A stretch of DNA of 64,000 bases from an uncultured Methanoregulaceae archaeon. Its GTDB lineage: Archaea > Halobacteriota > Methanomicrobia > Methanomicrobiales > Methanospirillaceae. Below, in pieces: positions 1-10,759 of the stretch. The notes below the pieces were generated by a model that was not told the origin of the DNA, did not search any database, and was given only the letters and a program-made list of their open reading frames with translations. The translations under genes and the position numbers were made by a program. The stretch spans positions 224,001 to 288,000 of the forward strand of contig OY969564.1 of the NCBI GenBank assembly GCA_963701095.1, written 5' to 3'. The number at the start of each line of letters is the position of its first letter. The first letter of the stretch is position 1.

Positions 1-1284
1 TCTACCGGCCTACAGAAAGGTGTCCTTATCCTCGATCCGGAAAAGGCCGGGGAAGTGGCAGTCCGTGTTGCCAGAGCTGTTATGCCGGCCCGGAGAAAAT
101 CTTTGGCTTCTGCTAATCCAGCACTTATCAGTGAAAAAGCAGCCGAATGCACGCAGTGCCAGTTATGCAGGAGAGCCTGTCCCAACGATCTTGCCATCCC
201 CCAGGCGATGAAGGCCGCCGGCGATGGGGATCTGTCATTCCTGTCTGCCATTTATGATATCTGTGTTGGCTGTGGCCGGTGTGAACATACCTGTGTAAAG
301 AAAATCCCGGTTCATTCGCTGATTGTATCAGCCGCTGCTGATAAGATAAAAAAAGAGCGGTATGTGATCCGTACCGGGAGAGGCGCGATTCAGGATGTCG
401 AGATCCGTAATGTCGGTGGCCCCATTGTGCTTGGAGAGATCCCCGGAGTAGTTGCGTTTGTCGGCTGCTCCAATTTTGCTAACGGGGGAAAGGAAATTGC
501 CGAGATGGCAGTCGAATTTGCGAAGCGCCGGTATATTGTGGTCACATCAGGCTGCGCTGCAATGTCCATCGGGATGTACCGGGATGAGGAAGGCAAAACC
601 CCCTACGAACGGTTCCCGGGCAGTTTTACTGCCGGCGGTATCGTTAATGTCGGTTCCTGTGTTGCTAACGCCCATATTGCCGGGGCAACTATAAAGATCG
701 CCAGTATCTTTGCACGGCGCAACCTGCGCGGGAACTATGCCGAGATTGCAGATTATGTGCACAACCGGGTTGGAGCCGTCGGTGTTGCGTGGGGTGCGAT
801 GTCCCAAAAAGCTGCGGCAATTGCAAGCGGGTTCTGGCGGCTTGGTATCCCAGTGGTAGTGGGTCCGCACGGTACCAAATACAGGCGTATGCTCCTTGGT
901 CGTGCAGATCACGATGAAGACTGGTATGTATGCGACCAGCGTACCGGGGAAGAGGTCTATGCCGGGCCTGCACCGGAACACCTTTTTGTCGCCGCAGAGA
1001 CAAAGGAAGAGGCGATGGTTTTAATCGCAAAACTGTGTATGCGGCCAAACGATACGAGCCGCGGTCGTGCGATGAAACTTTCGCATTATATCGATTTGTA
1101 CCAGCGTCACAACGGAGTGATGCCCGACGATATCCCGCGGTACATCCGTACCATGTCTGATATACCGGTGACCCTTAAAGGGGATGTTTCGCGTATTCTT
1201 TTAAAATCCGCCTGGAAGGAACGACCGATTCCGGATCCGACCCTTTTCCGGCACAGTAAACCCATCTCGCCGGAGGAGCGCTGA
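1..1284 (+). CDS. cdhA: Acetyl-CoA decarbonylase/synthase complex alpha subunit (CO dehydrogenase), 5'-truncated by window edge
   Basis: Frame 1 is open from base 1. Two 4Fe-4S motifs (CTQCQLCRRAC, CVGCGRCEHTC), VAFVGCSN, NVGSCVANAH, AWGAMSQKA; first gene of cdh cluster. Confidence 0.95.
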   Translation, partial: STGLQKGVLILDPEKAGEVAVRVARAVMPARRKSLASANPALISEKAAECTQCQLCRRACPNDLAIPQAMKAAGDGDLSFLSAIYDICVGCGRCEHTCVKKIPVHSLIVSAAADKIKKERYVIRTGRGAIQDVEIRNVGGPIVLGEIPGVVAFVGCSNFANGGKEIAEMAVEFAKRRYIVVTSGCAAMSIGMYRDEEGKTPYERFPGSFTAGGIVNVGSCVANAHIAGATIKIASIFARRNLRGNYAEIADYVHNRVGAVGVAWGAMSQKAAAIASGFWRLGIPVVVGPHGTKYRRMLLGRADHDEDWYVCDQRTGEEVYAGPAPEHLFVAAETKEEAMVLIAKLCMRPNDTSRGRAMKLSHYIDLYQRHNGVMPDDIPRYIRTMSDIPVTLKGDVSRILLKSAWKERPIPDPTLFRHSKPISPEER

Positions 1285-1290
1285 TTTATC

Positions 1291-1847
1291 ATGAGTTCCG
1301 CAGAACCCTGGCAGACTGCCGAAGTTTCCGGTCCGAAAAAGCTACCGTCATTACCAAGCCGGCCATGGTACGTGCGGTTATTAACCATGCCCGTCACCCG
1401 TTGCTTATTATCGGAAACCGTGCTGCTTCAATCGATATCGGGGAGAAAAAGTTCGTTGATTACCTTATCGATCTTGCCCGGGTGCACAAGATCCCGGTGA
1501 TTGCTACCGGCCATGTGAATAAATCTCTGAGGGACCGGGGGTACACAAACGCAATTATTATCCCGGCAGTCGAAGCCTGCCAGCGTGTTGCGGATCCGCT
1601 GTGGCATGGGATACATGGAAAAGGTCCTTGTGATCTTGCCCTGTTTGCCGGCCTACCGTATCCTATGGAATGGACACTTCTTTCCGGTCTCAAGCATGCA
1701 GCCCCCCATACAAAGAGCATCTCGCTCGATAACACGTACCAGCCAAACGCGACTTGGTCGTTTGCAAACCTCTCGGTTAAAGACTGGCAGGAAAATCTTG
1801 CAGCCATCACTGCAGAGATCGCTCTGGAGGGATCTGCAGATGTTTGA
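1291..1847 (+). CDS. cdhB: ACDS epsilon subunit; one-base frameshift in A-run at ~1336-1340
   Basis: MSSAEPWQTAEVSGPKK joins ATVITKPAMVRAVINHARHPLLIIG...DNTYQPNATWSFAN if one A is added; lies between cdhA and cdhC. Confidence 0.88.
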
Positions 1848-3225
1848 AGATATTCCGGCGGACATCGGGCTTGTCCACGTGGGTGAAAGGATCCGGAAAA
1901 ACGATATGTTTGTCGAACTGGGCGGCCCGTCTGTACAGGAAAAATTTGAGCTGGTCCGAGTACGAAAACCTGAAGAGATCCATGACGATAAAATCACCGT
2001 AACTGGTCCGGATCTTGCCGATATGCAGGAAGGCATGAAATATCCTCTTGGTATTCTGGTGGAAATTGCCGGGCCACAGCTCGAAGAGGATATTGAAGGG
2101 GTTATCGAGCGTCGTATCCATGAATATACAAATTATATCGAGGGATTCATGCACCTTAATCAGCGGTACGATATCTGGGTAAGGGTTTCCAAAAAAGCCT
2201 ATATGAAAGGTTTTACCACACTCTCCTTTGTAGGCAAGGTGCTCATTGCTCTCCTCAAAAACGAGTTACCCCTGATAGAAAAGATGCAGGTCACCTTTTT
2301 CACCGAAAAAGAGATGATTGCCGTACGGTACGCTGATGCACTGGCGGTATATGAGGCACGGGATTCGCGGGCACGGGGATTAACGGACAATGATGTCGAT
2401 GTTTTTTACGGCTGCGCATTATGCCAGTCGTTCGCGCCCAGTCATGTCTGTGTAATCACCCCGCAGCGGTACGCTAACTGTGGCGCTATCAGCTGGTTTG
2501 ACGGAAGGGCAGCTGCACGGATCGATCCCAAAGGGCCGATTTTTCCCATCAGTAAAGGTGAATGCCTTGACCCGGTGAAAGGTGAATATTCCGGGATCAA
2601 TGAAAGCGCAAAAAAACGATCGCTAGGAACCGTGCATCGGATCTTCCTGTACAGTGCATTTACCTGCCCCCATACTTCGTGCGGGTGTTTTGAAGGGATT
2701 GCTTTCTACATTCCTGAGGTTGAAGGTTTCGGGATCGTCATGAGAGGGTACAAGGACGTTACCGTAAACGGGCTGCCTTTTTCGACGATGGCAGATTCTA
2801 CCGCCGGGGGCCGCCAGGTCGACGGGTTCCATGGAATCTCGCTTGAATATATGCGATCTCCCCTATTCCTTGCAGCGGATGGAGGATATAACAGGGTCGC
2901 CTGGATGCCATCCGATCTCCGGGACCAGCTCCGGGAATTCATCCCGGCGGATCTCTTCGGAAAGATTGCAACAGAAAAAGATGTCAGAACCGTGAGCGAA
3001 CTCAGGGATTTCCTTTCTTTGCATATCCACCCGGTTATGGATCGCTGGAAAACCGAAGAAAACCAGATCATGGACACAGAAAATGGTGCCGTCCAGGTCT
3101 TTTCCGGTGGTGATTTTCCCGTTATGTCCGGGGGTTTTAAGATTATCTTTAAAAATGCCCGGATTACTGCTGAACGAGTGATCATTGAGCCCATCCCGAC
3201 AAAAAAACCGGGAGGGAGTTCGTAA
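1840..3225 (+). CDS. cdhC: ACDS beta subunit (acetyl-CoA synthase)
   Basis: GERIRKNDMFVELGGP, FYGCALCQSFAPSHVC, PHTSCGCFE A-cluster motifs; ATG at 1840 after GGAGG. Confidence 0.95.
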   Translation: MFEDIPADIGLVHVGERIRKNDMFVELGGPSVQEKFELVRVRKPEEIHDDKITVTGPDLADMQEGMKYPLGILVEIAGPQLEEDIEGVIERRIHEYTNYIEGFMHLNQRYDIWVRVSKKAYMKGFTTLSFVGKVLIALLKNELPLIEKMQVTFFTEKEMIAVRYADALAVYEARDSRARGLTDNDVDVFYGCALCQSFAPSHVCVITPQRYANCGAISWFDGRAAARIDPKGPIFPISKGECLDPVKGEYSGINESAKKRSLGTVHRIFLYSAFTCPHTSCGCFEGIAFYIPEVEGFGIVMRGYKDVTVNGLPFSTMADSTAGGRQVDGFHGISLEYMRSPLFLAADGGYNRVAWMPSDLRDQLREFIPADLFGKIATEKDVRTVSELRDFLSLHIHPVMDRWKTEENQIMDTENGAVQVFSGGDFPVMSGGFKIIFKNARITAERVIIEPIPTKKPGGSS

Positions 3226-4464
3226 ATGCAGGACAAAAACCCCGGTGAAGAAAAAACGATCCCTGATTCGATACGGATCCATGAAGCCCTTCCCCGCATC
3301 CTTGCCATGATCTCGGGAAAAGGACGGATCGAGCTTGAAAACTTTTCCATGGAGATCGGCGACCTCGAATTCTGGATCCCGACCGGTACTACTTCAGCAC
3401 CATCCGGATCAGCTATGACAGTTCACCAGAAACCTTCCGCTTTGATCCAAGAGACATTCTTTCCCCTGGAGGAAGACTTTGTCGGCAGGATCCATGAGGT
3501 CAGGCTCGGTGAGACTGCATCCGGGGGAGGTACCCGGGGAAAAGTCCTGACCATCGGCGGATCGGATTATCCCCCGTTTGTGAGCGCTGATCATCCGGCA
3601 CCCGATGCACCTATATTTGCACTTGATGTTTTTGATATGGAGGTGCCGCTGCCAAAAGTCCTTATGGAAAACGTAAAGGATGTAGTCAGCGATCCTGCCG
3701 AATGGGCGCGGATGAACGTGAAAAAATATGGCGCTGATATGATCACCGTCCACCTGATGTCAACGGATCCGCTTATCCGGGATGCTTCCCCGGAGGCAGC
3801 GGCCCGGACGGTAGAAGAAGTTCTCCAGGCAGTTGATGTCCCCCTGATTATAGGGGGGTGCGGTGATCCTCGGAAAGATGCCCAGGTCTTTTGTAAGGTT
3901 GCCGAAGTCGCTCATGGCGAACGGCTGCTGTTAAACTCCGTAACGCTCGGCATGACCGAAACGAAGACGCTTGATGTCGTTGCCCGGGCTGCTAAAGAGT
4001 ACAACCATGCAGTCCTTGGCTTTACCGGTCTTGAACTGAACAAGGCAAAGGAGCTTAACCGCCGTCTCTACGAGTACCTTCCGCCGGAAGACATTGTTAT
4101 GGATCTTACGACGGTGGCACTCGGCTACGGTCTCGAGTATTCGTTTACCATTCATGAGCGTGCACGCCATGCTGCCCTGATGGGCGACACTGAACTCCAG
4201 CAGCCAACCATTTCAGCATCCACAAATGCCTGGGCAGCCCGCGAAGCATGGATGAAGATGGACAAAAAATACGGTTCACGAGGCCTTCGCGGCCCTCTCT
4301 GGGAGACGATAAACGCTCTCACGCTCCTTCTTGCAGGTGTGGATATCTTCATGATGATGCATCCTGCCGCAATCCGGACCTGTAAGGATATGATACAGAC
4401 ATTTTCCGAGAAAGATGCGCCTGTTCCGGATGACATAGCCCGGTGGGCGACGATGAAGATCTGA
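3226..4464 (+). CDS. cdhD: ACDS delta subunit (corrinoid Fe-S protein small subunit)
   Basis: DPAEWARMNVKKYGADMITVHL, LGYGLEYSFT, NAWAAREAW, MMMHPAA. Confidence 0.95.
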   Translation: MQDKNPGEEKTIPDSIRIHEALPRILAMISGKGRIELENFSMEIGDLEFWIPTGTTSAPSGSAMTVHQKPSALIQETFFPLEEDFVGRIHEVRLGETASGGGTRGKVLTIGGSDYPPFVSADHPAPDAPIFALDVFDMEVPLPKVLMENVKDVVSDPAEWARMNVKKYGADMITVHLMSTDPLIRDASPEAAARTVEEVLQAVDVPLIIGGCGDPRKDAQVFCKVAEVAHGERLLLNSVTLGMTETKTLDVVARAAKEYNHAVLGFTGLELNKAKELNRRLYEYLPPEDIVMDLTTVALGYGLEYSFTIHERARHAALMGDTELQQPTISASTNAWAAREAWMKMDKKYGSRGLRGPLWETINALTLLLAGVDIFMMMHPAAIRTCKDMIQTFSEKDAPVPDDIARWATMKI

Positions 4465-4476
4465 GGGGGACAAAAG

Positions 4477-5910
4477 ATGTCGGAACGCGAACCAAAAAAA
4501 ACGATTAAAGAGATCAGTCCCATCGACGTTTACAAACTGCTCCCCAAGACCAATTGCAAAGAATGTGGGGAAGCAAATTGTATGGCTTTTGCCACAAAAG
4601 TGGTCAATGGAGAGCTTGTCATTGATAACTGCCCTCCAGTGACAAAGGAAGAATACCGGGTTAATTTTACAAAACTCGAAAATCTTATGGCGCCACCGGT
4701 AAGGACAGTTATTGTCGGGACCGGTGAACGGGCGATGAAACTGGGGGGAAAATATGTCCTTTACCGCCATGAGTTCACGTACCATAACGCGACGCCTATC
4801 GCCATTGATATCTCTGACGATTTATCGGATACTGAACGGGATGCACGGGTCAGGGCCATTGCAGATTTCTCGTACAATTATATCGGGCGCGAACTGCGAC
4901 TTGACGCTGTCGCTATCCGCTCCACCCAGCACGACCCCGCTGCATTTTCAGCTGCAGTAACTGCCGTCGCAGCCCAGACCGACCTGCCCCTTATTCTCTG
5001 TACATATGATGCCGCCATCATGGCTGCCGGCCTTGCCCATATCAAAGAACGCCGCCCTCTCCTGTATGCAGCAACAAAAGACAACTGGAAGGATATGGCG
5101 GAACTTGCCCTTCGTTATGCCTGTCCCCTTGTTGTCTCCGCTCCGCATGATATCGCTCTCTTGCGATCCCTTGTGAAGACGCTTGTTGCCTATGGTGTGA
5201 CAGATCTGGTGCTCGATCCAGGAACAGCTGTTGAACCCGGTCTTTCCGGGACGATTCATGCCTTCTCGCAAATCCGACGGGCAGTTTTTTCGGCAGGAGA
5301 CGAACTTTTGGGATATCCGCTGCTCGGAACACCAATCACGGCATGGCTTTCCCCGGAGATCTCGCATGAGCTGATACAATGGAAAGAAGCATGTGCGGCC
5401 TCTATGCTCTTGTCCCGGTATGCCGACCTGTTGATCTTACACAGCCTCGAAGGATGGGTTCTTCTTCCCCAGCTGATATGGCGTTTTAACCTCTATACCG
5501 ATCCCAGAAAACCGGTATCAGTTGATACGGGCGTCAGGGTATTTGGTAATCCCAAAAAGGACGCGCCGGTACTCATTACCACCAATTATGCGCTGACATA
5601 TTTCACCGTAGAGAGCGATATTAAATCAGCAGGGATTGACTGCTTTTTAATTGTCGTTGATACCGGGGGTAACAGTGTGGAAAGTGCTGTTGCCGGACGG
5701 TACCTGAACGCGGAATCAATTGCGGCGGCTCTGAAAGATACTGGCATAGCAGACCGGGTCAATTACCGGTACCTTATCATCCCCGGTCTTGCTGCGAGGT
5801 TGAGTGGCGAAACTGAAGAAGCCAGTGGCTGGCATGTACTTGTTGGCCCGAAGGACTCTTCCGGCATTCCGGCATTTCTTAAAGCTCACTGGCCACCGAA
5901 AAAATGGTAA
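4477..5910 (+). CDS. cdhE: ACDS gamma subunit (corrinoid Fe-S protein large subunit)
   Basis: LPKTNCKECGEANCMAFA Fe-S motif, YTDPRKPV, ITTNYALTYFTV. Confidence 0.95.
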   Translation: MSEREPKKTIKEISPIDVYKLLPKTNCKECGEANCMAFATKVVNGELVIDNCPPVTKEEYRVNFTKLENLMAPPVRTVIVGTGERAMKLGGKYVLYRHEFTYHNATPIAIDISDDLSDTERDARVRAIADFSYNYIGRELRLDAVAIRSTQHDPAAFSAAVTAVAAQTDLPLILCTYDAAIMAAGLAHIKERRPLLYAATKDNWKDMAELALRYACPLVVSAPHDIALLRSLVKTLVAYGVTDLVLDPGTAVEPGLSGTIHAFSQIRRAVFSAGDELLGYPLLGTPITAWLSPEISHELIQWKEACAASMLLSRYADLLILHSLEGWVLLPQLIWRFNLYTDPRKPVSVDTGVRVFGNPKKDAPVLITTNYALTYFTVESDIKSAGIDCFLIVVDTGGNSVESAVAGRYLNAESIAAALKDTGIADRVNYRYLIIPGLAARLSGETEEASGWHVLVGPKDSSGIPAFLKAHWPPKKW

Positions 5911-5980
5911 CCCGGGTCCTGGAGTCGACATTGATTTGATCGTGTGCCAGTATCCTGGTATAGAAGGAGAAAAGAACCCT

Positions 5981-7825
5981 ATGCAGCAACCGGAAATAAA
6001 AGAACTCAGGGTTTTCTTCCAGCCGATGAACCGGGTGGTCACTGTTCCGGCAGGAACCTCCCTTTTTTCGGCAATTGCTTTAGCTGGTATTGCCATTGAG
6101 GGAATCTGCGGTGGCAAAGGAACCTGTGGGAAATGCCGGGTGATTTTAACCCGGGGGAGTTGTCAGGAGGCTCCCGCATCCGATTCAGGCTGCCGGCTTA
6201 CAAAAAAGGAAGAGGAACAGGGGTATCATCTCGCCTGCCAGGTGAAGGTTACCGAAGATGCAGAATTCACCATCCCGGTAGAGAGCCGCATCGATTCCCC
6301 CCAGATCCTGATTACCAGGACCGGAATAACCGGCGGCATCGATCCGGCAGTCAAACGGTACCGTGTGGATATGTCGCCATCTGACGGGCTGCCATTTGCA
6401 TCCCGGTCAGTCAGGTTTGCAGGATATTCAGGTATGCGGCCCCGTATGTCGGATGAAAAGTACAATAAGCTCCTTGCCACAGATATACCGCGATCAGCCA
6501 CCCTTTCTGAGTCCCGGCCGACACCCGTCCTTCTCGGAATATCACCGGCTGATGAATCCATACCCCTCTATGGTATTGCCGTGGATCTTGGAACAACAAC
6601 TGTTGTCGGTTGCCTTGTCTGCCTCGATACCGGGGAGATCCTTGCCACCGGTTCTACGTTGAACCGGCAGATAACCTATGGCGAGGAACTGCTTACAAGG
6701 ATAGCGTACGCCAGTTCACCAGAAGGACTTATCACGCTCCAGAAATCTGCAGCCGAAAGCATCAATGATGTCATCGGGACATTGTCTCTTGTTTCCGGTA
6801 TCAAAAGTGCGGATATTGTTGATGTCTGTATTGCAGGGAACACAGTGATGAATCATCTTCTCTGTGGCCTCGATCCACGTTACCTCGAACTTACCGATGT
6901 CCCGGTTTCCCGGTTGCCAATCAAAAAAAGCGCACAGGACCTCGGACTTGACGTACATCCGGAGTCAGGGGTCTACTGTCTTCCTAATGTCAGTAGGTTT
7001 GTTGGGGGCGATGCCGTTGGTGACATGATTACTGCCGGCGTCCATTTTTCTGATGAACTTTCTCTTATTGTTGATCTTGGTACGAATGGGGAGATCGTCC
7101 TTGGCAACCGGAATTGGGCAGCTTCGGTCTCTTGTGCGTCAGGCCCTGCCTTTGAGGGTGCCGGTATCAGGTCCGGGATGCGGGCAATGAAAGGAGCGAT
7201 TGATCATGTGTGGGTTAACCCCGACACCGGTGCAATCTCATGGAGTACTATAGGCTCTGCTCAGGCCCGAGGTATCTGTGGGTCAGGGATCATCGATCTC
7301 GGTGTTGCCATGGTAGAGACCGGGGCTCTAGATTTTGCCGGGAAACTCAATTTCCGGCATCCCAAAGTCCTGTCAAGCCCTGAAGGTCCGGAATTTATCC
7401 TTGTCCCGGCGACCGAGACCGGGACAGGCTGGGATATTGTCATTACCCAGCAGGATATCGATTATCTCATGGATTCAAAAGCTGCTGCCTGCGGAGCAAT
7501 CGCTGTCCTTTTAAAAAGATACAAATGCACGGTCTGGGATGTTCGGCATCTTTACCTGGCCGGCGCATTTGGCGCATACACCGATATACAGAATGCTGTC
7601 CGTTTTGGCATTCTTCCCCGGTTCCCGGTGGCTACGGTTCATGCTCTGGGTAATGGTTCGTTGTCAGGAGCATACGCAACGCTTGTCTCTATGCAAAACC
7701 GGAAAGAAGCCGAAGCATTGGCGCGCCATATGGTATATATCGACCTGATGGTGGACACCTCATTTGCCGAAGAATATGCCGCAGCACTCTACATACCGGG
7801 AAAACAGGATCTTTTTCCGCCGTAA
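5981..7825 (+). CDS. ASKHA-domain reductive activator of corrinoid proteins (RACo/AcsV-like) with N-terminal 2Fe-2S domain
   Basis: CGGKGTCGKC..LACQ ferredoxin domain, AVDLGTTTV, DLGTNGEI, SCASGPAFEG, GICGSG; directly follows cdhE. Confidence 0.9.
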   Translation: MQQPEIKELRVFFQPMNRVVTVPAGTSLFSAIALAGIAIEGICGGKGTCGKCRVILTRGSCQEAPASDSGCRLTKKEEEQGYHLACQVKVTEDAEFTIPVESRIDSPQILITRTGITGGIDPAVKRYRVDMSPSDGLPFASRSVRFAGYSGMRPRMSDEKYNKLLATDIPRSATLSESRPTPVLLGISPADESIPLYGIAVDLGTTTVVGCLVCLDTGEILATGSTLNRQITYGEELLTRIAYASSPEGLITLQKSAAESINDVIGTLSLVSGIKSADIVDVCIAGNTVMNHLLCGLDPRYLELTDVPVSRLPIKKSAQDLGLDVHPESGVYCLPNVSRFVGGDAVGDMITAGVHFSDELSLIVDLGTNGEIVLGNRNWAASVSCASGPAFEGAGIRSGMRAMKGAIDHVWVNPDTGAISWSTIGSAQARGICGSGIIDLGVAMVETGALDFAGKLNFRHPKVLSSPEGPEFILVPATETGTGWDIVITQQDIDYLMDSKAAACGAIAVLLKRYKCTVWDVRHLYLAGAFGAYTDIQNAVRFGILPRFPVATVHALGNGSLSGAYATLVSMQNRKEAEALARHMVYIDLMVDTSFAEEYAAALYIPGKQDLFPP

Positions 7826-7888
7826 TCATGATGTGCATGGCTGGAACGCACCTAAGTACTTTAATGCCGGTAAACAATCTGATCAGGT

Positions 7889-8935
7889 ATGATCACTGTT
7901 GACAAGGAATACTATCCGTTCCTTGTTGTCCTGTTTTTTACAGTCGTTGCTCTTGTCATTTTCTGGCCTTTTCTTGCTATGGTCGTTCTCGGGGGGTCAC
8001 TCGCCGTAGTGATGACGCCGCTCCACCAACGGCTGATGCACTATATCCGTCCGGCCATTTCTGCTACCCTTATAACAGTAATCCTCTTTGCTCTTTTTGC
8101 CGGGGCAGTGTATGTTACTCTTCTGATTCTCCGGGGAAATGCAGGTCTCACAGACCAGATGTTTGCAACAATTGGATCGTGGCTGGGAAGTCCCACTACC
8201 CATCCGGGGGTTTTCGGGTTTACTATCAGTAAGGATACGTTGATGGTATGGCTTGCCCGGGGCAATGCACTCTTTGTCAATTACTGGACGACACTTGCAA
8301 ACAACCTCACTTTAATTATTTTTAGTGCTCTTGTTTTTTTCATCTCTTTTTTCCTGCTTCTCCTCAATGGCATTGCATTAAAGGAGAATATTTTCTGTCG
8401 CTTGCCAGAGCCGGTCAGAAAATATTGCGATCAGCTGACGCCGGTAACGATAGACACGCTGTATGTCATCTATATCGTCCAGATCGTGATTGCAGGTCTG
8501 ACCTTTTTCATTGCCCTTCCGGTATTTTACTTCCTCGGCTACGGACACATTCTGTTTTACTCGTTTCTTGCGGCATTATGTGAGGTTGTACCAATCCTTG
8601 GTTCGTCGGTGGCTTTTATTATTGTCGGGGGATACGCTCTCGCGCTTGGGGATCTCCATGGATTTCTCATTATGATTTTTCTTGGCTATGTCGTTGTTTC
8701 TGCGCTCCCGGAGATCTATATCCGCCCTGTGCTTGTGGGGCGACGGGTCAAGATTCACCCGGTAATTATGTTCATAGGCCTTATTGGCGGTCTTTTAACG
8801 CTAGGACTTGCAGGTTTTGTCCTGGGGCCTCTGATTATTGTGCTTCTCATGAAAAGCTATCGTATCTGGACGGATGAGCGTAAGTGTGCGAAACAACCTC
8901 CTGATGGAGGGACCGGAGAGCATCCTCTCCTTTGA
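7889..8935 (+). CDS. AI-2E family (PerM-like) transporter
   Basis: Multi-TM 348 aa; IRPVLVGRRVKIHPVIMFIGLIGG...GFVLGP C-terminal signature. Confidence 0.85.
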   Translation: MITVDKEYYPFLVVLFFTVVALVIFWPFLAMVVLGGSLAVVMTPLHQRLMHYIRPAISATLITVILFALFAGAVYVTLLILRGNAGLTDQMFATIGSWLGSPTTHPGVFGFTISKDTLMVWLARGNALFVNYWTTLANNLTLIIFSALVFFISFFLLLLNGIALKENIFCRLPEPVRKYCDQLTPVTIDTLYVIYIVQIVIAGLTFFIALPVFYFLGYGHILFYSFLAALCEVVPILGSSVAFIIVGGYALALGDLHGFLIMIFLGYVVVSALPEIYIRPVLVGRRVKIHPVIMFIGLIGGLLTLGLAGFVLGPLIIVLLMKSYRIWTDERKCAKQPPDGGTGEHPLL

Positions 8936-9009
8936 TCAACCTGGAATTCAATTGTGAATTAGGATCACACGATACGCTCTTAATTCTGGCTGACAAATAA
9001 TGACAGGAA

Positions 9010-9094
9010 GCGAGGGTAGTCAAGCCCGGTCAAAGGCGCCGGATTTAGGGTCCGGTCTCGCAGGAGTTCAAGGGTTCGAATCCCTTCCCTCGCA
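9010..9094 (+). tRNA. tRNA-Leu (anticodon TAG), long variable arm, CCA not encoded
   Basis: GCGAGGG/CCCTCGC acceptor stem, CCGGA-TTTAGGG-TCCGG anticodon arm, GGTTCGAATCC T arm. Confidence 0.95.
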
Positions 9095-9095
9095 T

Positions 9096-10535
9096 TCATT
9101 CTCGCTGTTTTTTAAACCGGTACTGACCTTTTGGGACCATGATCTCGAACTGGGCACATTCTCCCGGGACTCCACGCTCCTTTATGGTCATCCCGGTTAT
9201 CCCAAGGATCTCCCGGACCAGGAATAGTCCAAGCCCGGTATTTTTTCCAAATCCATGATGGAAAATCATTTCTTTTTTATCCTGAGGAATCCCTACACCG
9301 TTGTCTTCGAAGGATACAACAAGTCCGTTTTCATCTTCCCTGGATAAGATGCGTATAGAACTCATACGTTCATCACCATACCGGAGGGAATTGTCGAGCA
9401 GGTTGTAAAACACCTTCTCTAAAAGAGGATCTGCAAACAATTCGAGATCCCGACGACCGGTATCGACCTGGATCCGGTTAACATCGAGCGCTGATACTGC
9501 TTTCTCGAAAATTTCTGCAACGTTCTGCCACTCCGGTCTTTTGACGCCCATATTCTGGTAATCCCTGGTAAAGATGATCTGGCGTTCCAGTATTCTGATG
9601 ATCTCCTCCTCTTTCCTGTAAAGATCGGCATGAGCAGGTTCTTTAACGTATACTTTTGAAAACTGGAAATAGGATCTCAGTGCCATTATCTGATTAAGAA
9701 CGTCGTGACGGGTAATTTCGCCAAGAAGGTTAAGCTTTTTGTTCGCTTCAAAAAGGGCCGTTTCTGCTTTTTTACGTTCGGTAATATCGTGCACGATTAA
9801 ACAGACAAGTTTACTTTTTCCATCGTTTTTGATTAGACTTGAGGTACATTCCACGTCGAGGAACGAGCTATCTTTACAACGTAATTTCTGCTCACCAAGC
9901 CGGTACTGGAGCATACACCCGGGTTCTGTAAACCGGGATTCGGTAATCAAAGGAGCGGAGGGCAAAAGATCGGCCAATTTCATTGTTTTAAAATCTTCAT
10001 CAGTATAACCTGACAGGTTTTTTACCGCCGGATTAGTTTCTATAATAAAGTTTGTATTGAGGTTAAATAAGATAATTCCTTCTATTGCCTGAGTTATAAC
10101 AGTGTGATATCGTTCTTCACTTTCCCGGAGCGCTTTATCCATGAAATGTTTATACAAAGTCACTTCTATGGATGTCCGCAGTTCCTGATTCTGGACTGGT
10201 TTGATGAGATAGGCATAAGGTTCCGTACTGATCGCTTCGCGCAGACGTTCTTCATCGGAAAATGCGGTGAGATAGATAATGGGGATGTCGTGTGTTTGTC
10301 GTATTTTAGCTGCAGCTTCTATACCGGTCATTTTTCCTGCGAGTTGGATGTCCATTAGGATAAGATCCGGAAAAATAGTGCATGCCTGGAAAACAGCATC
10401 CTCCCCAGTAGCGATGGGCGGATCAGTCGCATAGCCAAAACTGTTGAGCGTCTCCATGAGGTTCATTGCGATAAGAGCATCATCCTCAACAATAAGAATT
10501 TTTTTTACTTCCCTCATGCTGCGGTTCCTTCTCAT
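9096..10535 (-). CDS. Hybrid signal transduction protein: receiver + PAS + histidine kinase
   Basis: ILIVEDD..DLILMDI receiver, PAS, TRHDVLNQ H-box, NLLDNS, EDNGVGI, GLGL. Confidence 0.9.
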   Translation of the reverse strand: MRRNRSMREVKKILIVEDDALIAMNLMETLNSFGYATDPPIATGEDAVFQACTIFPDLILMDIQLAGKMTGIEAAAKIRQTHDIPIIYLTAFSDEERLREAISTEPYAYLIKPVQNQELRTSIEVTLYKHFMDKALRESEERYHTVITQAIEGIILFNLNTNFIIETNPAVKNLSGYTDEDFKTMKLADLLPSAPLITESRFTEPGCMLQYRLGEQKLRCKDSSFLDVECTSSLIKNDGKSKLVCLIVHDITERKKAETALFEANKKLNLLGEITRHDVLNQIMALRSYFQFSKVYVKEPAHADLYRKEEEIIRILERQIIFTRDYQNMGVKRPEWQNVAEIFEKAVSALDVNRIQVDTGRRDLELFADPLLEKVFYNLLDNSLRYGDERMSSIRILSREDENGLVVSFEDNGVGIPQDKKEMIFHHGFGKNTGLGLFLVREILGITGMTIKERGVPGECAQFEIMVPKGQYRFKKQRE

Positions 10536-10759
10536 ACTAAAATAAGATTCAGATGAATACTCCCCTGTTTTATGTAAATATTAATTTTTGTATGGATCTC
10601 AAATTCAGCATTTCTATACCTTCAAATCAAAAATTGCGATGGATCAAAAAAGAAAATACAGCGGGATAGATTGAAAGTTGATCTCGTGGGGTAAGGTGAG
10701 AATTGTGTATGAGAAAAAGGTATCAGAAAATATGATCTCTAAAAAACAATATCCTTATT

